In this document: one piece after another, positions 9,135 to 20,300 of the stretch
How positions within the stretch are numbered: the stretch's first letter is position 1
Layout of the letters: every line of letters begins with the position of its first letter
Made by a program: the position numbers and the translations under genes
Assembly: GCA_048128005.1 (NCBI GenBank)
Contig: JBEUKZ010000071.1
Span: 186,001-250,000, forward strand
Origin: Veleropilina oligotropha
Lineage: Eukaryota
Length of the DNA stretch: 64,000 bases
Direction of reading: 5' to 3'
The notes under the pieces: model-generated
The model's input: the letters and a program-made list of their open reading frames with translations, nothing else
The model's database searches: none
What the model was told of the DNA's origin: nothing

Positions 9135-11384
9135 ATGGTCCGGTGCAGTAGCTCCGGGTGTAACCAGAAAATTCACGCATTTGATAGGCACAAGGAATGT
9201 TGTAAACACCGTAGCTGTAGTATACATCATCAATGTGATCTGTGCTTTCTTCTATCAGATAAGCAGTGGGCAACCCTGTCTCACCACGGTAAGTCGACCA
9301 GGGCGACTGCCACGGTGGGTCCTCCCCCGGAGAAGGGTCAGGAAGAGACCGGTAAGTTACCTAACGTTTCTTATTTGTCTACTTCAGGGACGCTGGACGA
9401 CAGCCGACAAAAGGGGACGTCTGTCGCCGCATCCACCGGCGAAACCTCCGCGACTCTTGGGAGAGTCACCGAAACCTTGCCGGTACCCCAGATTCAGGTA
9501 AAGACCCGAGTGTCGACCGTTCCTCCACAACTGGGCCTAGTAACTGCAGTCAGCCATACCTTGCCGGCTAGCAAGGTATACATGACAGCGCAGCGAACAG
9601 CTGAACAGGGCAGACCATCCCCATCCTTTTCTTCGGCCTCGAAGAATAAGGGGACAGTTAGTCCTTCTGCGGGAAACTCACCGTCTTCCTACGGTGACAG
9701 ACCCAATGCAGAGAAAGCCTTTAAAGAGGCCGGGCACCTACTTGTAGGTCTAAGACTCGGACAATCGGCGAAACCTGAATCCTCGGTCGAGAACGATGCG
9801 ACTTCCCCTAGGGGTTTTCCGCTCAACCTCGAAGCTCACGAGACATTCAGAGGGCCCGGTCTCTCCCGTGCACCCACCGTGGTCACGCTAGAGAACGTGG
9901 ACAGACCGGCTGCGTTCGGGACGGGGTTCTACGGCGGTTTTCCGTCCGTGCCTCGCTCGAACAGAGTGGTAGACCGATCAGAACTGTTGCCGCAGTCCTA
10001 TCGGTCGTCCGGCCCACTGACTGCGCCTCCGGGCCAGTCCTTCGGGTTCGACCCCTCGACAAGTGCCCGTGGACCCTGGTCCTCGGTTCGACCTGTCAAT
10101 GCAGCCCGTCTACCTAGCGCCACGGTTACCTCGACAGAACTACCGGCTGTTAGTTCGTCGCCCGTCCTGCCTCCGGGTTTCTCTTTTGAGAACGTCCAGG
10201 CATGGATCGCGGCGGGGATCGAGGAACGGTGTAAGGCCTGGCCGACGGCTCCCGAGCCGCACCTGGTACCTACACTTCTGCCCATGGCGCAGAGCACGGC
10301 TCCTGCCTCAGTGATAGACATCGACCCTCGTTCCGACGAGGATCTCTGTTCAAATCACACCGACCTCCCTGAATCGGTCGGGTCCGAAGACATTAGTCTT
10401 ACAGGCACGCAGGAGCCGACCTCCTCCACCCGCCGAAGGCTCGACGCTGTTGCGTCACTTCGCGGGGTGCTTGGCTTGTCGGAACCGACTCGGTCGGCTG
10501 TAGACGTAGCCAAGCATAGGACGGCAGCACATCGGTTTGTTGCGAGGGAAGCCCCCGAGCTCCCCTCCTTACCTCAGTCCGGGCTGGTGGATCTTGTTGT
10601 AGACTCGATCACCAAGCTCGTTCAGGGGCGCAATCCGGTGGAGTCCTCCCCGCTGAACGAGTTCCCTTCGGGGTTCCGTAGTGGGAGGTACCTCCGGGCC
10701 AGTACTCGAGCGATCCCGTTCGAATGCACTGGCCCGTGCCTGGCGACTGAGCCGGCTCGTGTTGACGCTTCGTTGCGTCGACTGACCGCCAGTCACCCTC
10801 CCTCCGTAGCGAAAGTTCCTTGGTCCGCCTTGGAAGCTTTCGAGAGCTCCGCCCGACGGGCTCTGCGGCTATCGTCCGTTCAGGATTTTTTCCTAGACGG
10901 GGCGATAGCCGTATTACAGGAGAATGGACCCGGCGCCACCGAGGCTGCCCTGTCCTTCCTCCAGGAGGTTGCTGCCGCGCAGGAGACCAGCGCGTTGGAG
11001 ACGGGACGTGTCCTGGGCAATGCCCTCCTACTTCGTAGGGATGCTTGCCTGGAAGGTACCTCGCTGGACGAGCCCACCCGGCGCTCGTTGCGATGCGTAC
11101 CTTGCTCGGCCACCACTCTCTTTGGTGACAACTTCACGGAGTTTGTTGACAAGAGAGCGGCGGACATTAAGGACCGTGCCATCGAGAAGGCAGTACTGCT
11201 CCCCACCCGGGGTCCACCTGCTAACTCGAAGAAGCGCTCCGGGCCCACCCCGGCCCCGAAGCCTTCTAAGCGTGCGAAGCCCTCTTCGGGTGGTAGGCCT
11301 CCGGCCAATAAACCCACTCCAAAGAGGCGAGCACCTCCAGCGAAATCCCGCAAGCAGAGCGGGATAGGGAAGCCTCGGCCCTAG
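9135..11384 (+). CDS. gag: DIRS ORF1 (gag-like), 749 aa
   Basis: N-terminal Cys/His cluster, LLRRD motif, basic tail; homologous to 55762-58011. Confidence 0.85.
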   Translation: MVRCSSSGCNQKIHAFDRHKECCKHRSCSIHHQCDLCFLLSDKQWATLSHHGKSTRATATVGPPPEKGQEETGKLPNVSYLSTSGTLDDSRQKGTSVAASTGETSATLGRVTETLPVPQIQVKTRVSTVPPQLGLVTAVSHTLPASKVYMTAQRTAEQGRPSPSFSSASKNKGTVSPSAGNSPSSYGDRPNAEKAFKEAGHLLVGLRLGQSAKPESSVENDATSPRGFPLNLEAHETFRGPGLSRAPTVVTLENVDRPAAFGTGFYGGFPSVPRSNRVVDRSELLPQSYRSSGPLTAPPGQSFGFDPSTSARGPWSSVRPVNAARLPSATVTSTELPAVSSSPVLPPGFSFENVQAWIAAGIEERCKAWPTAPEPHLVPTLLPMAQSTAPASVIDIDPRSDEDLCSNHTDLPESVGSEDISLTGTQEPTSSTRRRLDAVASLRGVLGLSEPTRSAVDVAKHRTAAHRFVAREAPELPSLPQSGLVDLVVDSITKLVQGRNPVESSPLNEFPSGFRSGRYLRASTRAIPFECTGPCLATEPARVDASLRRLTASHPPSVAKVPWSALEAFESSARRALRLSSVQDFFLDGAIAVLQENGPGATEAALSFLQEVAAAQETSALETGRVLGNALLLRRDACLEGTSLDEPTRRSLRCVPCSATTLFGDNFTEFVDKRAADIKDRAIEKAVLLPTRGPPANSKKRSGPTPAPKPSKRAKPSSGGRPPANKPTPKRRAPPAKSRKQSGIGKPRP

Positions 11385-11411
11385 GGCTGCCGGCATTCGC
11401 GACGGCCCCAG

Positions 11412-14369
11412 TTGCCCGCTCCCGCCGGTGGGAGCGTGCCTGTTAGCACACAGCCAGCCCTGGCTAGAGCTGACAGACAGCAACTGGGTCCACTTAGTCG
11501 TGAGTGCCGGATACAAGTTGGCATTCAACCGGCATCCGACCTTAACCGAGGCACCACCAACAAGACACGCTCGCCTCCTAAACGGAGAGAAACAAGCGGT
11601 CTTAGACCAGGCAGTGCGGGATTTGCTCCTAAAAAGAGCGATATATCCCGCGCCGCCCAGCACACCAGGATTTTACAGCCATTTCTTCCTGGTCCCGAAA
11701 CCCGATGGCCGCTGGAGACCGATCCTCGATCTCTCGTACCTAAACCTATATCTTCGTACCGAGAAATTCCAGCAAGAAACCCTCTCGAAGATTCGAGCGG
11801 CCATCCGTCCGGGCGACTGGGCAGCGTCTATCGATCTCGCCGACGCGTATCTGCATGTCCCGATGCATATCACGGCTCATCAGTACCTTCGGTTTATACA
11901 CGGGGAGACGATCTACCAATTCAGGTGCCTACCGTTCGGTCTATCGTCAGCCCCGTACGTCTTCACGAGAACAGTACAGGCCCTGGGGGCCTTCCTACAC
12001 TCTCTAGGGCACAGGGTACATATGTACCTCGACGACTGGCTGATCCTCGGGGCGTCCCGAGATCTGTGCCTCCGGTCTACGAGCTTTACCCTGTCATCGA
12101 CGAAGCGCCTGGGATTTCAGATCAACGAGACAAAATCCTGCTTCGTGCCCTCGACGACGTTTACGTTCCTCGGAGTCGACTTCGATACGGTCCGGTACAC
12201 CGCGAAGCCGACCCAGAAGCGTATGCGGAACCTACGCGCGGTTATCCAAGACACCCTGTCATCGGACATAACTACGGCGCGACAACTGGCCACTGTCCTG
12301 GGGCACATCGAGTCGGTAGCGCCCCTGCTACCGACGGGTCGCATGGACAAAAGACCGTTACAACAGGCTTTCAGGGATCGCTGGATACAACGGACGGGGC
12401 AGTGGAAGGATCGCATCGATCTACGGCATTGGTTTACCGACACGACAGCAGTGTGGTTGAACCCCGCTTTGCCGGACCAGTCGGTTCCTATATCCCCACC
12501 AGAGCCGAACGCTTACCTGTTCACAGACGCTTCGAACGACGGCTGGGGTGGTCACCTCGACAGTTACGAGACATCAGGCCTATGGCCGACAGACCTTCAG
12601 GGACGACATATCAACTTCCTAGAGTTAGAAGCCGTCTACCTGTCAGTACGGTCCCTCTCGTCACATCTCCGCAACAAGCATATAATGCTCGCCACGGACA
12701 ACACGACTGTCGTCGCTTACATACAGCACCAGGGCGGTACACGCTCGCGTCCCCTATGCGACCGAGCAATAGACCTACACCGCTTAGTGATGTCCCTCAA
12801 CTCGACGATTCGAGCCCGACACATCCCGGGAAAGCTGAATGTCAGAGCGGATTCGCTCTCTCGGAGATCACAGATTATACACACAGAGTGGACGCTACAC
12901 AGCCGAGTAGCTCGGGATGTTTGCCGCCGGTGGTCGCAACCCCAAGTCGACTTGTTTGCAACAGAATTCAATTACCGACTACCTCTGTATGTCTCCCCGT
13001 ACCCAGACCCGGCCGCCCTGGCGGTCGACGCAATGTCAATGACATGGGAGAATCTGTCCGCGTATGCCTTCCCCCCGACGTGCATTCTATCACTGGTATT
13101 ACAGAAGGCAGCGACCGAACGTTGCGAGATAACGCTAATAGCGCCCCTTTATCGCACGCAACCTTGGTTTCCGACCCTCCTCGATCTGATCGTCGATCGA
13201 CCGTTAGCGTTACCGCAGAAACTAGACCTGTTAATGCAACCACGCACCCGTGTACTCCACGAGTCGCCGAACCACTTACGTTTACACGCCTGGCGGTTAT
13301 CGAACGATCCCTTGCTAAGAAAGGATTTTCTAAAGCTACAGCCTTACGTATCTATCGATCGAGAAGGATTTCCACTACAAAAGTCTATGACTACCGATGG
13401 GTTAAGTACGTGGATTGGTGTCACAGCAGGCAGATCAATATACTCCGTCCCCCTGTGAACAAGTTTATCGAGTTTTTATCGTCGCTCTTCGACCGCGGTA
13501 TGTCAGTGTCCGCCGTCAAAGGCTATCGGGCAACGATCGCGACCACGCTAAAGCAGTGTCGTGCCCATGCTGGCCTATCAAGCGACCGAACGATATCAGA
13601 TTTTATACGATCTTATGAACTCGAGATACCGACCCGAAGAATTAAGCCACCTGCCTGGAATATCGTACTTATTCTTAACGCATTACTCTTACCCCCGTAT
13701 GAGCCGATGTCCGAGATAACCATGAGGAACTTGACGCACAAAACAGTTTTTCTGATCGCCTTAGCGTCGGGCAGGCGTTGTTCCGAGATTCATGCTTTCT
13801 CCTCCGAGCTAAGAGACATACGATTCCAGTCAGACGGGTCAGTGATACTGCGTCCCATTCTGGGCTTCTTAGCCAAGAACCAGCGGCCGAACGAGGACGC
13901 ACCCGATGTTGTTATTCCCAAGCTAACGCTAGTCGGAAGGCGCGACGCAGACCGCTTCAATTGCCCGGTCCGGGCGCTTCGATTCTACCTAGACAGAACC
14001 CGTGAGTTGCGACAGGGAAAATTACGTTTATTCATATCGTATTTGCCCACCTACACCCGCGACATTACGAGGACTACTGTTTCGCGGTGGATTTCACAAA
14101 CTGTGAGAGATGTTTACATCCGTTGTGATGACGACGACCGAACTATTTTATCGGTCCGCGCACATGAGGTCCGGGCCATTGCAGCGTCTGTAGCCTTCCG
14201 CCATAATCTAAATATCAATGCGTTACTACAGGCCGGATATTGGAAAAACGCTAACGTGTTTGTCAAACATTATCTGCGCGACTACTCAACCGGGGCTGAT
14301 GGCCTAAGCAGTTTGCACTGTGTTGCTGCACAACGGGTCATTGTTAGACCGAGGTCTTCTAATCAGTAA
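11412..14369 (+). CDS. DIRS tyrosine recombinase ORF overlapping the RT ORF (YR domain from ~13300)
   Basis: GRRCSEI, CPVRAL, HEVR, W....VFVKHY catalytic pattern. Confidence 0.9.
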   Translation: MPAPAGGSVPVSTQPALARADRQQLGPLSRECRIQVGIQPASDLNRGTTNKTRSPPKRRETSGLRPGSAGFAPKKSDISRAAQHTRILQPFLPGPETRWPLETDPRSLVPKPISSYREIPARNPLEDSSGHPSGRLGSVYRSRRRVSACPDAYHGSSVPSVYTRGDDLPIQVPTVRSIVSPVRLHENSTGPGGLPTLSRAQGTYVPRRLADPRGVPRSVPPVYELYPVIDEAPGISDQRDKILLRALDDVYVPRSRLRYGPVHREADPEAYAEPTRGYPRHPVIGHNYGATTGHCPGAHRVGSAPATDGSHGQKTVTTGFQGSLDTTDGAVEGSHRSTALVYRHDSSVVEPRFAGPVGSYIPTRAERLPVHRRFERRLGWSPRQLRDIRPMADRPSGTTYQLPRVRSRLPVSTVPLVTSPQQAYNARHGQHDCRRLHTAPGRYTLASPMRPSNRPTPLSDVPQLDDSSPTHPGKAECQSGFALSEITDYTHRVDATQPSSSGCLPPVVATPSRLVCNRIQLPTTSVCLPVPRPGRPGGRRNVNDMGESVRVCLPPDVHSITGITEGSDRTLRDNANSAPLSHATLVSDPPRSDRRSTVSVTAETRPVNATTHPCTPRVAEPLTFTRLAVIERSLAKKGFSKATALRIYRSRRISTTKVYDYRWVKYVDWCHSRQINILRPPVNKFIEFLSSLFDRGMSVSAVKGYRATIATTLKQCRAHAGLSSDRTISDFIRSYELEIPTRRIKPPAWNIVLILNALLLPPYEPMSEITMRNLTHKTVFLIALASGRRCSEIHAFSSELRDIRFQSDGSVILRPILGFLAKNQRPNEDAPDVVIPKLTLVGRRDADRFNCPVRALRFYLDRTRELRQGKLRLFISYLPTYTRDITRTTVSRWISQTVRDVYIRCDDDDRTILSVRAHEVRAIAASVAFRHNLNINALLQAGYWKNANVFVKHYLRDYSTGADGLSSLHCVAAQRVIVRPRSSNQ
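11428..13458 (+). CDS. pol: DIRS reverse transcriptase-RNase H-methyltransferase-like ORF (true start uncertain)
   Basis: IDLADAY, LPFGL, YLDD; RNase H FTDAS..GWG, HINFLEL, TDN; MTase-like VDLFA and YAFPP. Confidence 0.92.
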   Translation: MGACLLAHSQPWLELTDSNWVHLVVSAGYKLAFNRHPTLTEAPPTRHARLLNGEKQAVLDQAVRDLLLKRAIYPAPPSTPGFYSHFFLVPKPDGRWRPILDLSYLNLYLRTEKFQQETLSKIRAAIRPGDWAASIDLADAYLHVPMHITAHQYLRFIHGETIYQFRCLPFGLSSAPYVFTRTVQALGAFLHSLGHRVHMYLDDWLILGASRDLCLRSTSFTLSSTKRLGFQINETKSCFVPSTTFTFLGVDFDTVRYTAKPTQKRMRNLRAVIQDTLSSDITTARQLATVLGHIESVAPLLPTGRMDKRPLQQAFRDRWIQRTGQWKDRIDLRHWFTDTTAVWLNPALPDQSVPISPPEPNAYLFTDASNDGWGGHLDSYETSGLWPTDLQGRHINFLELEAVYLSVRSLSSHLRNKHIMLATDNTTVVAYIQHQGGTRSRPLCDRAIDLHRLVMSLNSTIRARHIPGKLNVRADSLSRRSQIIHTEWTLHSRVARDVCRRWSQPQVDLFATEFNYRLPLYVSPYPDPAALAVDAMSMTWENLSAYAFPPTCILSLVLQKAATERCEITLIAPLYRTQPWFPTLLDLIVDRPLALPQKLDLLMQPRTRVLHESPNHLRLHAWRLSNDPLLRKDFLKLQPYVSIDREGFPLQKSMTTDGLSTWIGVTAGRSIYSVPL

Positions 14370-15208
14370 GTAGCCTATTGTTCTCTGATTGATCATTTGC
14401 ATATTTACTGACGCCATTTTATTTTCGTTGGCCAAACGGTGCTATGTAATTAACACCTATGGGGCAGTTCAATGTCTGTTCATTTCTTAAATCTAATTTA
14501 AGATTTTGTACTTCTCATGTCAGACTGAGTGTTGACATAAGCCAGATCACATTGAATTTAATAAAACAACTTTGATAATTTTGCACAAATCTTAAAAAGA
14601 TTAGGGTTCAATATTATTATGTTCTTTGCTGTAATCGAACATACGATGTTCAATACATTTAAAATGTTGATTCCTTAACATTTATTTTTAAGTAACATGT
14701 CGAACATTTTTGCTTCCTTAAAATTTATTTTAAGTGACATGTCGTCCATGTTAGCGTTCGCAAGTTGGTCATGCGAACTACTTATTAATATCGATTATTA
14801 TATAATCTATTAATTCTTTGCTTTTGATTTTAAAGCTTTCACAACCTGTTAGGTTCCGTGTGCTTACAAATCCGACTGCATCCTCTGGCTACCGGCCTAT
14901 AGGCCCGGAGTCCCATTTGGCTGCCACTGGTCCATGACACGTAAGACCTACAGGGATTTATCCTTCCGGCCGTGCCAGGGGCTGATTGCACTTCCGTTCA
15001 CCTCGTCCGACTAACACCACGGCGTATCCTCCCGGTAACACTGGTCGAAATTCTCGCCTGGTAAGAGTAGAATATAATACTCAGTAAAAATTCCACTCTA
15101 GGCGGACACACTCGACGCTTCATGCTGATCGAATTGGTGAAAAAGTAAGTCATTATCTTGTTTGGGTTTGTTGTAAGGAACGTCTTACCCACCTATCCAA
15201 GGTTATTC

Positions 15209-15299
15209 TGGCAAGAGTAAGGACGTAAGTATGTTTGTAACTATATATGAGGTTTTAATGTAAACCTAATATTAGTATAAAACATACTTACGTCCTTAC
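15209..15299. other. DIRS internal complementary region (ICR)
   Basis: Reverse complement of the joined right and left ends (...AAAACCTCAT|ATATAGTTAC...). Confidence 0.92.
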
Positions 15300-15359
15300 A
15301 CGATTACCCACCCTGCGTTTCGCATTCCTCCCCTCTACTACGTTCCTTTGTGGTTTTTG

Positions 15360-15565
15360 AACTTTGAATTGATGTCATGTGACTTCTATTGTTCAGAAGT
15401 CTCACGAGACTTGGCGAAGTCTCGCTAGGGAACGTGGGGGGTAGGAGCAGGGGAGGTAACCGTGTGCTTTTTTGGCTTATAACGGTGCATTATGGGACAT
15501 ATTCACCATTTCCGGTTTGGGCGATAATATGCTATTATGGCAAGAGTAAGGACGTAAGTATGTTT
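15360..15565. repeat. DIRS right inverted terminal repeat
   Basis: Reverse complement of 8146-8351; followed by a 33-nt terminal extension. Confidence 0.95.
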
Positions 15566-15602
15566 TATACTAATATTAGGTTTACATTAAAACCTCATTT
15601 CA

Positions 15603-16034
15603 ATGGCTTCCATTGCGATGCTGGTTGGGGGCGCTCTCGTCAACGCCCTCGCCTTCAGCGGGTCCAACTTCCTGTTCTCGAAGCTACGCAGCTCCGGTGT
15701 TGATGCGGAGCGTAAACGCCACGACATTGCTGTAGAGCAGCTCAACGCCGCTCAGACTAAGTGGTCCCAAAAGAGGGCAGAGCGTCTCGACTGGCTGAAC
15801 GTTGAACTTCGCCGCCAGGGTCACGCTGTTGGCACATTCCGGGATGTTGACGCCGCGATCCGTGAGTATGCCTTGATCACCGGCAAGAACCTTGATCCCA
15901 CCGCTATAGGAGGTGGCCCTGAGCCCCAGCTGTCCGACTACTACACGCCTAGTGATGGCCAGAAGGGACGTGAGATCACCTTCGTGATCCTGGGGATGGC
16001 TGCGACCGGGTTGGTAGCCTACAAGCTCGCCTAA
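15603..16034 (+). CDS. 143-aa viral protein with hydrophobic N- and C-termini
   Basis: Near-identical to 35707-36138. Confidence 0.8.
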   Translation: MASIAMLVGGALVNALAFSGSNFLFSKLRSSGVDAERKRHDIAVEQLNAAQTKWSQKRAERLDWLNVELRRQGHAVGTFRDVDAAIREYALITGKNLDPTAIGGGPEPQLSDYYTPSDGQKGREITFVILGMAATGLVAYKLA

Positions 16035-16070
16035 TTTCCATGTTTGGACATTTTTTCGTGTGCCTATAGG

Positions 16071-16361
16071 ATGGGGCTCCCAGAAGAGCTGTACTGCGCC
16101 ATGCTTGCGGTCAGCGGGGTGGCGCATAGTACTACGTCACTCGACTGCTGGCGCCGCGATGAAAAGACTATGGTGCGGTTCGCGGTCCTGGTGCTCTCGG
16201 GCCCGACCAACCTTTGGGAGACGACTGCGCAGCGACCGGCTCCGGAAGCTGAAGCCTGTTGGAGACTGATCAGTTTACTGGAATACATTGCCAGTCTCGA
16301 TGGCAGCGAAGACCGGCAAAAGAACTCGAGGGCGCGGAATGAACCGGAAGCTTGCAAATAG
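16071..16361 (+). CDS. Small viral ORF upstream of the integrase
   Basis: Homologous to 36180-36401. Confidence 0.5.
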   Translation: MGLPEELYCAMLAVSGVAHSTTSLDCWRRDEKTMVRFAVLVLSGPTNLWETTAQRPAPEAEACWRLISLLEYIASLDGSEDRQKNSRARNEPEACK

Positions 16362-17337
16362 CTACTATAGCCCCCGAGGCTACTGGAAAGGGATCGCCGC
16401 GATAAAACATCTCTCGGCCGCAGTAGATGTCTCTGAAGACGTGGCCCGGGATTGGCTGAAGAAGCAGGCCATCTGGCAAATCTATTTACCTGCGCCACGG
16501 CGGATTCCAAGACCAAAATTCAACGTCGAAACGCCGAACGAGGTTCACCAAGCCGACCTCCTGTTTCTCCCACATGACAAGGTCGGTCGTAAAACGTACA
16601 AGTACGCTCTGACTGTGGTTGATGTGGCCAGTCGCTATAAAGAAGCTGAGCCATTGGCCACAAAAGAGGCCAAAGGGGTTGCTGAAGCTCTGTCTCGAAT
16701 CTACAGGCGGAGTCCTCTTAGCTGGCCGAAATTGCTTCAGGTTGATCCAGGGCGGGAGTTTATGGGCGCGGTCTCCCAGCTGCTGGCAAAGAATAATGTC
16801 GAGGTTAGGCGTGGCCGTGTGGATCTCCATCGCGATCAAGGCATTGTGGAGCGCTTCAACCGGACGCTCGCTGAGCGGCTCTTCGGGCACCAGTATGCAA
16901 AAGAGATGCGGTTTGCAGAGTCTGCGAAAGAGGGTCAAAGGTCGACTGAGTGGGTCGCCCGGATACCCGCTGTAGTTGCGGCCTTGAATGGGGAAGTGAC
17001 CAGGCTGACCGGTAAAAAGCCCAAGGACGCCATCAAGGCACCTCGCGTTGCCCAAAAGCCCTCTTCCACTGTTCCAGGCCGACAGGGGAAGGAACAGAAA
17101 CTCCCCTCTGACGTAGATGTTCGATACCTATACCAACCCGGTGAGTTGGAGGGTGGTCGCCGCCGCGCTACTGACCCGGTGTGGTCTTTGACGGTTCACA
17201 GGCTTGGACGCTCCGTCACTAAGCCTGACGAGCCTGTGCTCTACTACTTGCTCGATGGACCACCGCGTGGGTTTGTTCGAGAGGAACTTCTCGTGGTGCC
17301 TCGTGACACCCAGCTGCCGCCGGTTCTCAGGCGTTAA
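16339..17337 (+). CDS. int: Retroviral-like (rve) DDE integrase of Polinton type
   Basis: YYSP N-terminus; QADL, VDPGREF and VERFNRTL give the D-D-E triad. Confidence 0.93.
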   Translation: MNRKLANSYYSPRGYWKGIAAIKHLSAAVDVSEDVARDWLKKQAIWQIYLPAPRRIPRPKFNVETPNEVHQADLLFLPHDKVGRKTYKYALTVVDVASRYKEAEPLATKEAKGVAEALSRIYRRSPLSWPKLLQVDPGREFMGAVSQLLAKNNVEVRRGRVDLHRDQGIVERFNRTLAERLFGHQYAKEMRFAESAKEGQRSTEWVARIPAVVAALNGEVTRLTGKKPKDAIKAPRVAQKPSSTVPGRQGKEQKLPSDVDVRYLYQPGELEGGRRRATDPVWSLTVHRLGRSVTKPDEPVLYYLLDGPPRGFVREELLVVPRDTQLPPVLRR

Positions 17338-20300
17338 CAGCTGCTGCTCCCTCGTTTTCGGTTACATTCCAGACACGTTAAGCGCACGTTGTCGCGGATG
17401 TGGCCCCTGCTGTTGTCCACACGGTCGACACTGAACTGCTGTGTGTCTTTGGGCTGGTAGGCCCAGAGCAGCTCTATGTTGCATGCCGCGCAGCGGTTGT
17501 TTTGGGCGTCTTTGAGCTGCAGGATGTCATCAACCTTGAGGTTAAATCCCGGGAGTCCCTTGGCCTGGTCCTGGCGTTTGTACGCCACAAGCTTTTTCTG
17601 GATGGTCTTTCGAACCTGCTGCTTGCTCTGCGGCAGGGGCCTGTCCTCAGCACCCTCATCCGGAGGACAGGTTACCCGTTCGAGCTGATGCAGCAGCTCC
17701 ACCCGGGACACGGCTAGGTAGGCGAGATTACTCCACTGAAGGTAGTCATCGATGATCCAGACCCTCTGCGGGTCGTGAATCGTAAGACCCTGGCTCGAAT
17801 GGATGGTGAGAGCATAGCCCAGGCGCCAATCCGTGGTCTGAATAGCCCGCTCAGCGGCGTCAATGGTGACCTCGACGACGTCGTTCAGAACTAGCTCCTC
17901 TCTTTCGTCGGTGCCCGGAATCGTTACCATGATGTTTTGCTTACGGGTGTCCCTGGGGTGGTAAAGGATAGGTACCGGGGAGTCTGGGAAGTGCTCCTTG
18001 TGCCTCTGGAGCAACAGCTGTTGAGCCCGTTCGCGGACCTTCTGACGGCTGGTGAGGATTAGGTCGCGTGGCTTCCAGGTGTTGACGAACCGATCCCATC
18101 CGAGGCAGCTGGGGAGAGTCCGTCGCATCTCGTCGCACTGGACTTTGTCGGGCTGGAGACGTATACGTCTTTTCAGGGCTTGGAGGGCAGGGTCGTCTTT
18201 CGCCCTGTAGTCTACTTCGATCTCTTCATAGTAGTCCGCGGTCCTTCGCAGCCAATCGTGCGGCATCTTGCCCGTAATCGGTGGTGGCTGGCCTTGATCG
18301 CCACAGCAGATAACCTGCACTTCGTGGCGGCCCAGCCAGTCCAAGAACATCTCTAGAATATGCCGGGGAACAGTACAGACCTCGTCCCAGATAATGACGC
18401 GGGGGATGAACTTCTGACCCATGCGATCAGGTGTCCAGTCATTCTGGCCGCTCCATCGGAAGAAGCTGTGGTAGGTCTGGGCTTTGACGCCTCTGGTCCG
18501 CATCTCTTTAGCGAGGCGGTGGGTTGGTGTGAACACGACGGGATTTCTTGCCCGGAAGAGCTCAATTGCTCTCGTAGTCTTGCCACAGCCCCCTCCACCG
18601 TTGAGGTAACTCAGGCGATGGTGGGTCAGCGTGTCATTGTAGCATGGCGCGGTGCTTGGCTGGCTGGAATTGGCGGCACAACAATACTCTGGCTTGGGTA
18701 GGTATGCGGCATGTTCCTGTGGCATGTACAGCTGTTCGCCCTTGTCACGCCACTGGGCTGGTGCTACTGGCGGAAGGTACGGCTCCGCGATCAGACATGA
18801 GATGCACGATTTCTCGCCACAGTCGCAGAGTTGGGGGGCAACGTACACCGTGACATCGTCGAGCTTCTCCAACGAGGCCTTCTTGAGGTAGATGCTGTCA
18901 GTGGCTACTCGGACAGCCTCGTCAGGGGTGAAACGCTGAAGCATGCTCAAGAGATTTATGTGGGCATATGCCAGCATCGAGGCCCTCAGGTGGGCGTACT
19001 GTGGCTGGGAGCCATCATAGTACGTGAGGATGTGCCCCATAGGGCATCTTTGAGGTGCGCCGACCAGGGTACCACTTTGGCGGGTGTCTCTTACGAGGAA
19101 CTCGAGCTCACCCTGGTCGGTCACCAGTCTACGAGTCAATCGCTTTCCGTCAGCTTTGGCGCCTTGGGTGAATTTGCCGATAATGCTGCAGCCCTGGTCA
19201 CGGTTCTCAGGAAGCCAGACCTCGAGTTGCTTTCTGAATGTGATGATGGCTTCTCGGATCTTGAGGCTTTTTAGCAGTCCAGATTCTATGAGGAAGGCGA
19301 GCAGCGGAGTTGGTGCCCATCCATTCTCTGCAAAGTGCTTTCCGAACCAGGCGGGAATGACGGGGTGGGTGTCTTGTACGAACTCCCATTCCACGACCTC
19401 AGCAAACCCGGTGCTGATATCTTCGGGAAGAGGACCGTTAATTGCGACCCGGGTCATGCTGTGGGTTGGGTGTCCGAATCTTTCGAAATACGGCTTAGCC
19501 TCGCCCTTCCCCAGAAAGCTGGCAGGGTAGCAGGCTTTCATATCGATGCAGCAGACATCGCCCGTGTCGTAATTCATGGAATTCCACAGGCCACCATGGC
19601 CATGCTCTACACAGGCCTTCTGGATGTCATCGAGCAGGCTCGCTGGGGTGGGTTTCCAGCCGTTGGTCTCCTTGGCTATAATGCTAGCTGCATGGTTCAC
19701 GCCAAAGGCTCGATCGGCTAGGGACTCGTTCCCCAGCGCTATACAGGCTTCTTGGAGTCTCTCGTGATCATCTTTTGTCCTGTACGTGCGGCCATCCTGA
19801 AGCACGAACTGGTTCACGCTGAGCTGTCGGTCTGTACCGCCAAGGAGCCAGACAGCCAATGGCTCATTATGTGTGGCTTGTCGGATAGCTTCCCAGACAT
19901 CGCCCTCGTAGATGTGGACCTCTCTACTTTGCGGGAAGTGCAGCTCCTTGGACCATGCGTGGCCGTTGTGGCAGATGAGTTCTATGGACTTCCACATACT
20001 GGCCTGGTATTTTCCACTGTTGAAGACGTCCTCGCCGGCAATATCTCTCAAGACGATCGCCCGTTTGAGGATCCTCTCGAGGATGGATATATCATCCACA
20101 GTGGCGCCTGTTACATGAACTCGCTCTTCCCACTCCTGTATTTTTCGTCTTCGTGTCGGGGTGAGTCCGTTTCCTCGCAGGGCACCTTCAAAGTGCTCAA
20201 TCACTCTTTGGGCAACGCAGTTGAGGTCGCCGTTCTTCATCGGAACCAGATTGGCGGGGTTTGGTTCTCTGAGAGGATAGACGCCGTAGACGACTGCAGT

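Larger units (their letters stand above)
8136..15598 (+). mobile_element. DIRS1-like tyrosine-recombinase retrotransposon, apparently intact
   Basis: ITRs, ICR, gag/RT-RNH-MT/YR ORFs; the empty site GCAGCATTTCAATG is seen in copy 2 at ~35696-35709; CAT is shared at both junctions. Confidence 0.95.
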
